The notes beneath the pieces were generated by a model, which saw nothing but the letters and a program-made list of their open reading frames with translations, was not told where the DNA came from and did not search any database. Below, piece after piece: positions 16,901 to 25,356 of a stretch of 64,000 bases of DNA. The stretch's first letter is position 1, and each line of letters starts with the position of its first letter. A program made the translations under genes and the position numbers. Origin of the DNA: a virus (taxonomy: Duplodnaviria; Caudoviricetes). Location: positions 14,778-78,777 of the IMG/VR virus record IMGVR_UViG_3300025838_000035. The stretch is one strand, 5' to 3'.

Positions 16901-17969
16901 CGCCCACACCACCAGGTACTGCACCCATGACAAATGCACCGCCTGCAGTATTGATGTACTCGTTAATAGCGTCTTTGTCATTAACCGACAAGCCTGCACC
17001 ATAACGCTCTGCGGCCTGTTGCAACTCTTCAGCAGGTACTTCCTTAGCACCAGTAGCCAACATACCTTTGCCTACATCAAGCAATAGGTTTCTAGTCGAT
17101 TTGTTAGCAATGTTGCTTAGCCCACCAAGACCAATCTTCTCACCCGCATAATCAGCAAGAGAGTGAACGGCTACGGCAGGAGCTAAACGACTCATGTCGA
17201 TCTGCTCAGGATCATAACCAGCTTCTTGCAAAGCACGACTTGTCGTTTCACCTGTACCGTGAAATACCGCTTGTCCAGCCATGCCTAAGTTTTGACCATA
17301 AGCCGCTGCGCCAGACTTGGCCAGTTTGCTTAGCTCTTCACCATTCAAGCTATCAATAGCATGAGCAGCCACATAATCAGCCGTTGCTTTCTTGGCTTCT
17401 TCTTTAGTAGCACCACTAGCCAATTGCTCTTGAAGTATTTTTTCCGCTGCTTCTTTGATGCCTTTTCTGACCAAAGAACGGTTAACTACACTTTCCATAG
17501 CACCCGCGGCAGTACCAGCTCCTGGAGCTACGGCAGATCCAAGTAGTCCACCAGCCAAAGCAAACGCACCAGTTTCCATGATGTTGGCCATACCCTGACC
17601 AACCTGATAAGGCAACCAATCGGTTACGACTGTACCGATGCCTTGCTTCCATGCCTCTTGCAAATCATCAGACTTCTTGGCTTCTCTCTGCTGAGCTTCA
17701 TTGGCTTCATGGATATTCTTAGCGCCCTTACCCAATAGGTAATCGGATACCACGCCCTGACCAAGAACGTGCTTAGCACCAGCTCCAAGTAGCGTTTGCA
17801 TACCACCAAGAACTTCTTTGTCTGAATCTGCAAGAGACTCAAAGCCACGGACAAAATCACCCTTATCAACACCCAGAAGACCTTGTACCGTTTTATCTAT
17901 TACGCTATGGTCTGTACCATCTGGGAATTCAAGAATACGGCCGTCTGGGAGTTCTGCTTCGATGGTCAT
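10914..17969 (-). CDS. Giant polyvalent ejection protein (2351 aa): zincin metallopeptidase-like, TGT/DpdA-like and C-terminal LPD38 domains
   Basis: HELLH at aa 945-949; VFVDSGAFS...PDIVGD...IHFLG...ADAS at aa ~1135-1375; WDRDFFWWFKIP...RIPKPFEFG LPD38-type tail; last gene of the virion block. Confidence 0.85.
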   Translation of the reverse strand: MTIEAELPDGRILEFPDGTDHSVIDKTVQGLLGVDKGDFVRGFESLADSDKEVLGGMQTLLGAGAKHVLGQGVVSDYLLGKGAKNIHEANEAQQREAKKSDDLQEAWKQGIGTVVTDWLPYQVGQGMANIMETGAFALAGGLLGSAVAPGAGTAAGAMESVVNRSLVRKGIKEAAEKILQEQLASGATKEEAKKATADYVAAHAIDSLNGEELSKLAKSGAAAYGQNLGMAGQAVFHGTGETTSRALQEAGYDPEQIDMSRLAPAVAVHSLADYAGEKIGLGGLSNIANKSTRNLLLDVGKGMLATGAKEVPAEELQQAAERYGAGLSVNDKDAINEYINTAGGAFVMGAVPGGVGGIRTRMNAPAIQAPAEVPLEVPQQEIAPPEAPPPAAPLALGMNKPFTPQALPDGSVALTQADLDAYNQSQFEAKYAPQPNLNKAEVAATPPQLGYSPLAGVPKVMPSGQVALNEQQEFEAKYAPQKVRMTQEKWASMSPEEKEAYIVQYDLEQQQAINEAAAQEEGKPTKPKVDKEGNLIAPRTPEEVWQAQGFEPKEKKAPGPFFKASEHPLNVGKDNVLIKDGGVPFDNPIQAKAAQKLNPTMKMIKVAGKFVLSPKTQAELDREAKSQIGLPMTASGEPIIGAKAFVASRGGLHTDEMANMNYDKNEQVGNRPLFRPNGFRMDQVTEALHQAGYIQNEDQAEARQAIATNAVKPEDIEKIGGAYKEQQVAEEERQFEADKALRGPVTEDWFESQTLPELYDNAQTLGINPDPILTAVRYQHPQEADYQREGHNALMAAVRDKLHDRVETLKSQSGEGTLKSKTGAIEQAPKPTSEQAKIQKELTGKSMVQVAQWAINNAPNKFTKFVMQKVLNRIQALAKEGVTYEFEIQDGDQRNSQLFDANGVTTFYWGQNGDHTHMRILLNGHPVVANQLGYPSGMSYKVVMHELLHVATRGQLRFLKSTDPLVKELATLYNQVVRHYNAEFAKNKGADLPLVIQEFMRGKNNALSNMDELVSWGMTDEGVQKFLNDIKVGEKTVFNHIVSLIRELLGIAKPFETALDKLVSTTDSIVSSDLVDLKNGMIKQSYALGKAKKATTAFTQPRLEGFGKKEQAKQQQSLFGETEEEKNLAHVKENLVRFASGMSGISDLENATRARSGHTNHGIGVDVGLISQNAINQIAHTVLNMKTPVFVDSGAFSNFRQQLKGNKPKPLDFDAILAKYDAIEEAIQRLNDVEESEYPRPLFVMPDIVGDQKASLDLIDKHKNWIQAELNFNISRPIIPIQKGAMSLADVYKHLVKTLGTDNFIVGIPSNEKAVSRADLDQFLKEVKPKAIHFLGAASDTKLNPLLHTVALLSPDTNVTADASQVRSSILNGVAQGKSRPQAIMDALYEHQDPQDRVMDRLMNMPSYQKYVESDSISHQEEDYLKMMTAHEAGRVLGDKVQQALQKRSPMNVDAFAGVDPKLTSQIQSTFYAPNKTILDRVVSMKGNFWNTLAQKMVDELRTVKDYSPIGYMQARLSKATDGALEGILHYGHAFLDDGALNIKTGDNHKGLMQALAPLGKEVDRFQVWMALNREANLPDEKRSPNLSSMVSQRNDLIKGDLNGVSRAKLYEQARKDMMAINKSVLDVALDTGTIDKEAYERFANDAFYIPFYRAMEDGKIESIRAASRLTNQQFSKMLKGQNEKPFGDLMENVMRNWSHILSASMKNQAAVTIIQDASGQGAVTPNLKPGLYWADGAVHSAESGKIVGNGDVVQERVDEDGKKYLVSMTDSGKDTVKVLINGKDAYFHVNDPMLLESIGAITYLGPQSKVLDVMRNFKNYLRFGVTLSPAFKASNLIKDSIQSAGLSGLSNNFVKNVYDGFADSKPGSATYIAALAGGGVFNYGTTLEGDRSQVVKKLLASGVNGENIVDTKEKVEHFLKKLWHKYEEIGNRSENINRIALYKKLRAEGKTHLEASFEARDLMDFSMSGSSGAIRYLSQIVPFLNARLQGLYKLGRDGINPTVRVFYNTATGKPIIQDDIQKAKSFSTVAGAVTLASMALYMAFKDDEDFKKREQWDRDFFWWFKIPGTNEVFRIPKPFEFGSFGTLAERSLEQIVDKGVEGKVFGDSIQRMVFQTFSMNPTPQFFKPLVDVYANKDSFTNAPIETAGMERLSKQERVSNDTSAIAKALGGVSHVFAPIAGTELSPVQIDYMIRGYMGWLGGTIETTSQYAMMPFNDGVYPDADWTKRMSLGFVQKLPATQSTYVTDFYQNNQRISESYADMRHYAELGQSEKVKEILTEKKDDIALAKLYDKTAKDIASIRKQKLQIANPQNRSMTGEQKQQEIQRLDLLISQVAQHAEEIRKSLKKAP
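13716..13740. promoter_or_regulatory. 25-bp pseudo-palindrome site 3 (intragenic)
   Basis: GGATATTGAGTCCGACTCAACATAC; encodes YVESDSIS. Confidence 0.7.
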
Positions 17970-17972
17970 GTT

Positions 17973-20291
17973 TTATCCGATTTGTTTTCCGCTGCTATCG
18001 TATTTGATTCTGGTTGCGCCTGTGGTTGTAGGTTGCGTATTAGCAAAAGGATCAGGCAATCCTAATTTCTGATGAGCTTGTCTATAGTAAGCATTACCCA
18101 TCAAAGCTTTACGTTTCATTTCAGCTCTTGCTTGCTCAAGTTGAGCAGGGTTCATATTCATTAATATATCACCCTTGGTATTCGCTACTGCATTTAACTC
18201 TGCATCTTTCTCTGCTTTAGAAATGTAGTCCGACAAGTCTTTCTGTTGTCGCTCATTTAAAGACGCTTGCCTTTGAGCCAAGTTAGCCGCAGCACTTGTT
18301 GACTTACGCTCTGTCTCAGCCTTCTGAGCTTCTGAACGTTGAGCCAATGCATCTCTACGCATTTGATCGTAAAGCTCTGTCTTAGACAATCCAAGCTGAG
18401 CAGCCATGATCTGTTTCTGCTCATCGCCACGTTGCTTGTTAGCAGTAGCCAAGTATTGCAGACCCTGTGCTCCGCCTTGACCAATGTTAGACATAGCATA
18501 CTGTGAAGTACCACCCATCATACCAAGACCTGCCTGTAAAACAGCAAGCCACATATCCTGCTCTTTAGACTTCTTGCTATCGAACTCCATGTCTTTAAGC
18601 TTCTGTCTAAAGTCAGAAATGTCTGAGCTCTCTTCAGGTTTAGTAGGCAACGCCTCAATTCCCGTAGGTCTTTTCTCGGGCTCACCAGTAGGTTCAAACT
18701 GATTAGCACCAAATCCAATATCCATGTCACCCAAAGGAGGAGTAGTAGGCGTACTATTGTATGCCTCGACTTCACCGTACCCAGGTCCACCTTTTGTGCG
18801 ATGACCGATAGTAGCCGCAGGCAATGGCTTAGAAGGCGTTACATCAGCAGGAGCAGGTAACAAAGAAGTGATCGCAGTTGGAGCTTCATCTTTTCTAATT
18901 GGAACGTTCTGTGTAATACGCTTTTTACCCATATTAGGATAGATCAAAGCAGGGTGTTTTGCTGCTTCAATTTCTTCCAAAGTAGCTCCACCTGGGTTAG
19001 CACCCAAAGCGGTAGGAATGTCAGCATTGTTAGGGCCAGTCAAACCTTTATATGCCATTGTTGCAGCAATAGGAGCACCTAAACCTACAATGCCTGCTGG
19101 GGTTAAAAGCCCTGCTGCGCCAGCTTCTGCTGCGCCAGAGGCAAGAGGATACTTGGGGACAAAGTTGCTCGCTGCCTTTGCTCTTTGAACGCCAGCCGCT
19201 AATTCATCCGCAGTAAATGCATTAGACGGAGCACTGCTTGCAGCAGTAGAAGTACCGAGATTACCAATGCCACCCGAGGATTGAAATGCATTGTTAGCTC
19301 CTAAACTGTATGGTTCACCACCAGCAATATCACTAAACACAAGGCTACCACCTGCACCTTGATAGTGCTTTACTTCTCCGCCAGAAGCCAAACCAACAAT
19401 GCCACCTCTAGCAAAGTTAATACCCTTGATATAGTTCTGGGTTTCTTTCGGGAGCTTGGAGATATCTGCACCGTTAGCAAGCCATTTGTCAGCATTTCCA
19501 GTCCCCCAGTTATAAGCAATAGCTGCAAGTGTAGGATTCTGATACTTATGCAACAACGCATCAGCATACTGTTCGCCTACCCTTTTCAACTCATCAGGAT
19601 TGTTAACATCTTTAGCAGGTGCAATACCAAAACCTGGATCCTTGGCGGTTGCAGGCATGACTTGCATTTCACCCAAAGCGCCCTCAGAAGACTTCAGCAA
19701 GTGACCTTCTTTGTCATAACGCTTACCACCACTTTCTTTTCCAAGAATGTGGCGTCTTAATTTCTCACTCTCATCCAACTGAGCTATTCCTTGAGGAGCA
19801 GCTTGGGGCATAGCTTGAGGCGCAGGTTGTAATGCGGCAATAGCCTGATGCTGTGCTTGTGGTTGCTCAGGTTGCGTCATGTTGACGTCAATATCTTCAT
19901 CTTCTTCACCAGAAACTGGAGCCTGAAGTCTTCCCAATAACGACTTAAACAGAGCAGAATCTTGACGCTCTTCTTCATCATCATCGTCATCTTCACTCAA
20001 ACCGCCATCAGCAAAAGCAACGATGCCACCGCCACTAGCACCTACTGGCATATTGCTAGGCAACGCAGTTACACCTTGACCAGCTTCAGACATGATGCCT
20101 TGAGCAATGGTCTGTTGCGGTTGGTTCTTAGCCGCCGCTAAACCTTGAGCAGTCTTTTGTTGGTTAACCTTGTCTTGCAACATAGGTACGCCAACATAAG
20201 CAGGAATAGTCCCGTCTTGAATTGCCTTTTGCAATTGCTCTACCGACAAATTCTCGGCAGTATATTCACGGCTTGCTAATGATCCAATCAT
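17973..20291 (-). CDS. Internal virion/ejection protein with SLT lytic transglycosylase domain
   Basis: ILGKESGG...GALGEMQVMPATA...AIAYNWGTGN. Confidence 0.88.
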   Translation of the reverse strand: MIGSLASREYTAENLSVEQLQKAIQDGTIPAYVGVPMLQDKVNQQKTAQGLAAAKNQPQQTIAQGIMSEAGQGVTALPSNMPVGASGGGIVAFADGGLSEDDDDDEEERQDSALFKSLLGRLQAPVSGEEDEDIDVNMTQPEQPQAQHQAIAALQPAPQAMPQAAPQGIAQLDESEKLRRHILGKESGGKRYDKEGHLLKSSEGALGEMQVMPATAKDPGFGIAPAKDVNNPDELKRVGEQYADALLHKYQNPTLAAIAYNWGTGNADKWLANGADISKLPKETQNYIKGINFARGGIVGLASGGEVKHYQGAGGSLVFSDIAGGEPYSLGANNAFQSSGGIGNLGTSTAASSAPSNAFTADELAAGVQRAKAASNFVPKYPLASGAAEAGAAGLLTPAGIVGLGAPIAATMAYKGLTGPNNADIPTALGANPGGATLEEIEAAKHPALIYPNMGKKRITQNVPIRKDEAPTAITSLLPAPADVTPSKPLPAATIGHRTKGGPGYGEVEAYNSTPTTPPLGDMDIGFGANQFEPTGEPEKRPTGIEALPTKPEESSDISDFRQKLKDMEFDSKKSKEQDMWLAVLQAGLGMMGGTSQYAMSNIGQGGAQGLQYLATANKQRGDEQKQIMAAQLGLSKTELYDQMRRDALAQRSEAQKAETERKSTSAAANLAQRQASLNERQQKDLSDYISKAEKDAELNAVANTKGDILMNMNPAQLEQARAEMKRKALMGNAYYRQAHQKLGLPDPFANTQPTTTGATRIKYDSSGKQIG

Positions 20292-21961
20292 TTTCTACCT
20301 TTCAGCGCATTGGCTATACCAAGGCACACAATTCCCCCACCAGCATATCTCGGCTCTTTGATCTTACCGCCCTTTTTCTTGGTCAGTTGATAAGCCGCTA
20401 AACCTGCAGTTCCCAATCCAGTCGCAGCAGATAGCGCTGAAGGAGGAGCTTGATAGGTTGTAGACGTAGTATTAGTAGGCGTATTACGAAGCAAGTTCAT
20501 AACATTGGTAGCCTGCGTCATCGGGTAGTTTTGTGTATTACCGTAATTAGAAATGGCTTGGTTAAGAACATTCTGTTGCTGAGCTTGTTGCTGACCACCC
20601 AAAGTATTTTGGGTATTCATAATGTTCATCTGTGCGGCTTGGCAAGCAGTACCAATATTGGATAAAGTACCAGCTGCTTGATTTGCTCCTGCATAACCTG
20701 CTTGAGCTCCTTGAACACCTTGCAAACCAACCTGTGCGCCTTGCATACCTTGAGCCGTACCAGCCAACTGAGTATTGACGCCTTGGAGTCCTGCTTGAGC
20801 ACCTTGAATGCCTGTTTGATAAGCTCGGTTAGCAGCGCATACACCCTGAAGTCCTTGAGCATTTCCAGTCAAAGCAGTACCGATACCAGACAATCCTAGT
20901 TGTCCGCCACCCAAAGCAGTTCCTAAACCTGTTTGTGCTCCAGCCAAACCTTGCAATCCAAGCTGAGAGCCTTGCAACATATAGTTTGTAGCAGCGCAAT
21001 AGGCTTTGTTGTAACCGCAAGCAATCATTTTTTGATTTGCTAAGTTCTGGTTAAGCGTATTCTGTGCGGACAAAACTGCACAACGACCACCACCAAAAGC
21101 ACCTGCCTGAGTAGCTGCGGCTTGTTGATTAGCCTGTTGTTGACCATATTGCTGATTCATCAAAGCCATTTGAGCTTTTAAAGAATCTTGCAAATATGGA
21201 TTCATATTTGACTGAATCAATGCGGCACATTGAGCTTGCTTAGCAAAGTTAGCGCCTGCTGCGGCTTGCTGAGCTGCATAACACTTAGATCTTGCAGCAA
21301 TACACGCACCTTGAGCTTGTGCAGCCAAACCCATCTGACCAATCTGAGAGCCTAAACTGCCATAACCTGTAGCACATTTAGCCAAGTTAGCACCTTGAGC
21401 GCCATAACCTGCACCCATTGATCCATAATAACCACCGCCTTGGACTCCTAGATTTTGACCCAACATGCCCGACTGATAACCTGCGTTACCATATCCAAGA
21501 GCTTGTGCTGCACTAGCCAAATCACCTTGACCCGCTGCACTAGCTAAGTTAGTAGCCGCACCGAACTGACCAGGCATCTGCATATTTGCAGCTTCACTTT
21601 GTGCCTGTTGTTGCAAAGGAGAAAAGCCTGCTACTGCCTGTTGTGCCGCCGCCATTTGCTGAGCACCAAAGCCTGCTGGCCCCATAACGGGATTACCGCT
21701 TGAATCAAGTAAAGGTTGACCGTTGGCGTTGGTTTGAGGAACCATTTGACCAAAAGCCGTATAGCCTTTTTGACTTGTCGGAATGTAGTTTCCTGCCGCA
21801 TCAGTAGCCAAAGAACCATCAGGATTGGTCTGATAGTTGAATTGATTCATCATCTGTGAACCAAGCAACGTATTAGCTAACCCCTGAAATTGGGTTGGAA
21901 TGCTACTCGTATTTACTGTTTGTGTTGCGGGTGCTGTAGACCCACCGCCTCCGCCACTCAT
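20288..21961 (-). CDS. Internal virion DNA-transfer protein (G/Q/A-rich)
   Basis: MSGGGGG start, AGFSPLQQQA, AGAFGG motifs, position in the ejection cluster. Confidence 0.75.
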   Translation of the reverse strand: MSGGGGGSTAPATQTVNTSSIPTQFQGLANTLLGSQMMNQFNYQTNPDGSLATDAAGNYIPTSQKGYTAFGQMVPQTNANGQPLLDSSGNPVMGPAGFGAQQMAAAQQAVAGFSPLQQQAQSEAANMQMPGQFGAATNLASAAGQGDLASAAQALGYGNAGYQSGMLGQNLGVQGGGYYGSMGAGYGAQGANLAKCATGYGSLGSQIGQMGLAAQAQGACIAARSKCYAAQQAAAGANFAKQAQCAALIQSNMNPYLQDSLKAQMALMNQQYGQQQANQQAAATQAGAFGGGRCAVLSAQNTLNQNLANQKMIACGYNKAYCAATNYMLQGSQLGLQGLAGAQTGLGTALGGGQLGLSGIGTALTGNAQGLQGVCAANRAYQTGIQGAQAGLQGVNTQLAGTAQGMQGAQVGLQGVQGAQAGYAGANQAAGTLSNIGTACQAAQMNIMNTQNTLGGQQQAQQQNVLNQAISNYGNTQNYPMTQATNVMNLLRNTPTNTTSTTYQAPPSALSAATGLGTAGLAAYQLTKKKGGKIKEPRYAGGGIVCLGIANALKGRK

Positions 21962-22638
21962 ACTTTACCTCCTTTGTACAAGTCTTGCGTGGTTTGACCG
22001 CTTGCAGGCGGAGTCAAATTGCCAGCTGCTTGATTGTAGTTAACCGCAGGCGCAGTAGTTGGCGCAGGAGCAGCAGTAGCCTGTTGTGGCCCTTGGTAAT
22101 AATTCATCATAGTACCCATTGGACTATATCCACCACCATAACCACCAAATGCACCAAAACTACCTAAACCGTTATAGCCTTGATTAAGACTATAAGGATT
22201 CGATGCAAACGGATTCTGCATTTGAGGAACAAAGTTAGATGCTTCTGATCCGTACAATCCACCTCCAAACTGACCAGAAAATCCACCGCCAGTTGGTTGT
22301 TGAGGCGTATAACCGCTTGGATTCATATTCGCAGATGCTTGGCTAGGAGTAAAATTACCACCGCCAATAGCCCCATAACCATAAGGATTGATATTTAAAA
22401 ACCCTTGTGAATAGTTCTGTGGCATACCAGCGCCTTGATTGGTAAAGTAAGTATTGGGAGGAGGAACATCATTGCCGTAGATGTTTCCATAAATAGTATT
22501 CGGCTGCATAGGCGCTTGAGTGTTGTAGCCTCCCCAGTTGCCAAGCGAAGAACCACCAAAATTTTGTGGGGTTGTGTTTTGTTGTTGTGGAGCATTCATG
22601 TTCCCAACTGCTGATCCCATATTTCCTAGTCCTGCCAT
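21958..22638 (-). CDS. Low-complexity G/N/Q/Y/P-rich protein
   Basis: 226 aa, only 5 charged residues; coupled in the virion operon. Confidence 0.7.
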   Translation of the reverse strand: MAGLGNMGSAVGNMNAPQQQNTTPQNFGGSSLGNWGGYNTQAPMQPNTIYGNIYGNDVPPPNTYFTNQGAGMPQNYSQGFLNINPYGYGAIGGGNFTPSQASANMNPSGYTPQQPTGGGFSGQFGGGLYGSEASNFVPQMQNPFASNPYSLNQGYNGLGSFGAFGGYGGGYSPMGTMMNYYQGPQQATAAPAPTTAPAVNYNQAAGNLTPPASGQTTQDLYKGGKV

Positions 22639-22647
22639 ATCGTTCTC

Positions 22648-23052
22648 CTAAAGCTTGGTTTCTACAAGCATTGATCGTTCTTCAAATCCGTACCGCTTCC
22701 ACAAACGTGCAATAGACGGTCTTGCCATTCCCTGAATCTTTGTCGCACCATGCGCCTTGAATATGTCACCCATCTTCTTAAATGTATCTCGGTTTGAAAT
22801 TAATCTACCGCCAATACAAGTAATAAAAGCTACCCTGTCATTTGGATAGTTGATAAAAGAAACAGAGGCCGCCCCATGTATCTTTCCATCTTCTACCGCT
22901 ACCAACAAGATCCATTGACCTTGTGATAAAAACATCCTAATCTGGTCGAGCGTGTAGTCACCATGACTATATTGCAACGCTGCTTCAAAATACTCCCGAA
23001 CAGATTCCCAGATTTGATTAACAAAATTTTGTGGAATTTGTTGAATGATCAT
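22648..23052 (-). CDS. GNAT-fold protein (internal virion protein A-like)
   Basis: WILLVAVEDGKIHGAA...AFITCIGG...ARLWKRYGF. Confidence 0.6.
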   Translation of the reverse strand: MIIQQIPQNFVNQIWESVREYFEAALQYSHGDYTLDQIRMFLSQGQWILLVAVEDGKIHGAASVSFINYPNDRVAFITCIGGRLISNRDTFKKMGDIFKAHGATKIQGMARPSIARLWKRYGFEERSMLVETKL

Positions 23053-23933
23053 CAGGGTAAGAATTTTTCAGGTTTAATCTGTTTGCCTTGCTTAGGATTG
23101 CCTGTTCTAGCAGCCCTAACTCTGTCCATCATTTTATACAAATGCTTTGCTCCTGCATCAGTAGAACCATTACCCAAATGGGAAACTACGTCAGCAGGAA
23201 CTACAAATTCTCCATCAGCTAAACGAGCTTCTTGTTTGCCCGCAATCGTTGCTGGAATATCGTCACTCATGCCGTCACCTGGGCCTTTGAGCAAGTGACC
23301 GCCATCAGAATAAGATCCTAAGTTTGATTGATGATGCAAACCAGTAATACCACCATGAGCATAAGAAGCAAACAATCTATTGGGTGTAAAGTTTTGTGCA
23401 TTGAATCCCACGGCATTCTTATTCATAGCTCCTGGATAATTAGGAGCACCAGGTATTGTGGGTCTAGGCATTAAGGCATAAGCTCCCAAAGCACCAGCTC
23501 CAAGAGCCCAAGGCATCACTTGATTAGCCGTGTAAGTCGTACCTAATAAGTTATTAATGCCACTTGTAATGCTTGAACCAATCCCCGATCCTTCGGCAGC
23601 AGTTGGGCCTCCACCAATAGGCGTATATGGTTGACCTCCTGGCGCTGGAACATATGAGCTTTCAGTAGGAAACAATCCACTAGGTGTTAAACCTTGAGCT
23701 GGCAACGTTTCAGCTAAAGGAATTGTTGCTTTATTAACAGCAGTATCTGCTATGGTAGGAGACAAGATAGATTGCGTAATTGGATCGGTATAAACGCCAC
23801 TACCCAAAGTACCTGCTTGCGCCATGCCAAGGTCAGTCAATCCACTCATGGCATCAGCGCTGCCTGAATCCATCAAAAGGCTTGGGCCTAAATCATCTAA
23901 TCCAATAGTTGCCATTACATCAGCAAATGCCAT
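23052..23933 (-). CDS. Virion protein with GPGDGMSDDIPA..DGEFVV domain
   Basis: C-terminal motif of the type seen at the ends of tape-measure/ejection proteins. Confidence 0.7.
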   Translation of the reverse strand: MAFADVMATIGLDDLGPSLLMDSGSADAMSGLTDLGMAQAGTLGSGVYTDPITQSILSPTIADTAVNKATIPLAETLPAQGLTPSGLFPTESSYVPAPGGQPYTPIGGGPTAAEGSGIGSSITSGINNLLGTTYTANQVMPWALGAGALGAYALMPRPTIPGAPNYPGAMNKNAVGFNAQNFTPNRLFASYAHGGITGLHHQSNLGSYSDGGHLLKGPGDGMSDDIPATIAGKQEARLADGEFVVPADVVSHLGNGSTDAGAKHLYKMMDRVRAARTGNPKQGKQIKPEKFLP

Positions 23934-23934
23934 G

Positions 23935-24339
23935 TCATTTCTCCTCTAGCAAAGGCGTTTCAATAAACATACTTTCCAATTTTTCTACATCAGTTTCATT
24001 GGTAGAAAATATGTTTTGGAACACCACGGTTTCTAATATGTAAGCTACTTTTCTTCCTGGAGGAGCCATGAAAGTCATGGGCGCTTTTAGCTCTTTTCTG
24101 CTTCCATCAGGATTAACAATGATCATGTGTCCTGATAGCATATTGCACAAATGATGCGTCTTATGTGGCTTACCAATCACCACAGCACCTTTAGGCATTA
24201 CCAATTCTTTGATGTAAATATTGGGGCCAAAATAATGTCTTTCTTCTGGAACCAAAGCAGGTAGCTTTTTTACCTCTGCAATAAGATTCTCAACCTTATT
24301 TGCATATTGATTGGCAATTGAATGCACTACTTCAGTCAT
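23935..24339 (-). CDS. Cupin-fold protein
   Basis: HYFGPNIYIKELVMPKG...GKPHKTHH. Confidence 0.7.
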   Translation of the reverse strand: MTEVVHSIANQYANKVENLIAEVKKLPALVPEERHYFGPNIYIKELVMPKGAVVIGKPHKTHHLCNMLSGHMIIVNPDGSRKELKAPMTFMAPPGRKVAYILETVVFQNIFSTNETDVEKLESMFIETPLLEEK

Positions 24340-24779
24340 ATCATTGCCTTGGTTTTATACTTAGGAATGTCAGAAGGAAGTATTCGTGCTCCCGACATTT
24401 GTAATGCTTTCGTTAATGATGAGTCGGACTCAGCATCATAAATTACTTTAATGCCCTTGCTACGCAAGAAATTTAGGAAGTGATGAACAGAAATATCAAA
24501 GTTATGTGGATTGTCTTCTGTGAAAAAATGAAACTGCGCTATGTTTTGACTTAGGATTTTATAAGCCATTACAGTATCTTTATAGCGCATAAGCTTTACG
24601 CCTTGCTGCAATCCAAGCAATACCGCTTTCATTGCCTTTTGGACTGGGACATTATGGTCAGCAAAATACTTTTTGAGGATATATGCAGTAGAGTTTGTAT
24701 CGGAAACGTTAGATCCACGGCTACCCATTGCCGTTTGAAGTAAGTGCATTTCCCCAGTATCTATTCCACCACCAGCCAT
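24336..24779 (-). CDS. Hypothetical protein
   Basis: 147-aa coupled ORF. Confidence 0.65.
   Translation of the reverse strand: MAGGGIDTGEMHLLQTAMGSRGSNVSDTNSTAYILKKYFADHNVPVQKAMKAVLLGLQQGVKLMRYKDTVMAYKILSQNIAQFHFFTEDNPHNFDISVHHFLNFLRSKGIKVIYDAESDSSLTKALQMSGARILPSDIPKYKTKAMI
24414..24438. promoter_or_regulatory. 25-bp pseudo-palindrome site 4 (intragenic)
   Basis: TAATGATGAGTCGGACTCAGCATCA; encodes DAESDSSL. Confidence 0.7.
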
Positions 24780-24826
24780 AATTCACCTCGCAATTTTGTA
24801 TATTATCGACTTAAAAACGTTAAGCA

Positions 24827-25171
24827 TCAAGTACCTTGACCACCACTAATTGTGATTGTCAAGCCCGTTGCAGAGGCTTTAAAGTAAATAGTTCCACCTG
24901 AATTCATAATCATTGTTCCAGTCCACTCTAGCGTAGCATTGGCCGCAACTGATGTGCCGTAATAAACTGCATTACCTGTTCCTGCCGTACCGCCAAATGG
25001 GACTAAATGAAGATTGAACGTGATAGGGCTGCCAGTTGTATTGCAGATCATCATGTTCTTAACAAAGGTCAAAGTAGGCGGTGTACTTGGAACCGTATAG
25101 ATCGTAGCTCCTGCTGTCGTAGAAGCTGCTTGAGCAAGCTGATAGCCAACGATGTTTTGAAAGTTAGCCAC
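24827..25171 (-). CDS. Virion structural protein (beta-rich)
   Basis: TIYTVP..TFVKNMMICNTTG pattern; tail region. Confidence 0.65.
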   Translation of the reverse strand: MANFQNIVGYQLAQAASTTAGATIYTVPSTPPTLTFVKNMMICNTTGSPITFNLHLVPFGGTAGTGNAVYYGTSVAANATLEWTGTMIMNSGGTIYFKASATGLTITISGGQGT

Positions 25172-25356
25172 TATATACCCCCAAGCCAGTTAATGGTTTG
25201 CTGACTGTTATCGTCAACAATCAACAATTGAATGGCATTATCTACAGTTTTGAAATAAAGCCTAAGCGCATTCTCAATGACATTGATTGTATTGGGATCA
25301 TATGTAACCGAGGGAGCAGGTAAGTTGGGGGCAATTGTGTTCTGAATATTAGACAT
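25171..25356 (-). CDS. Small tail-associated protein
   Basis: APNLPAPSVTYD...LRLYF, directly after the tail nozzle gene. Confidence 0.6.
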   Translation of the reverse strand: MSNIQNTIAPNLPAPSVTYDPNTINVIENALRLYFKTVDNAIQLLIVDDNSQQTINWLGGI

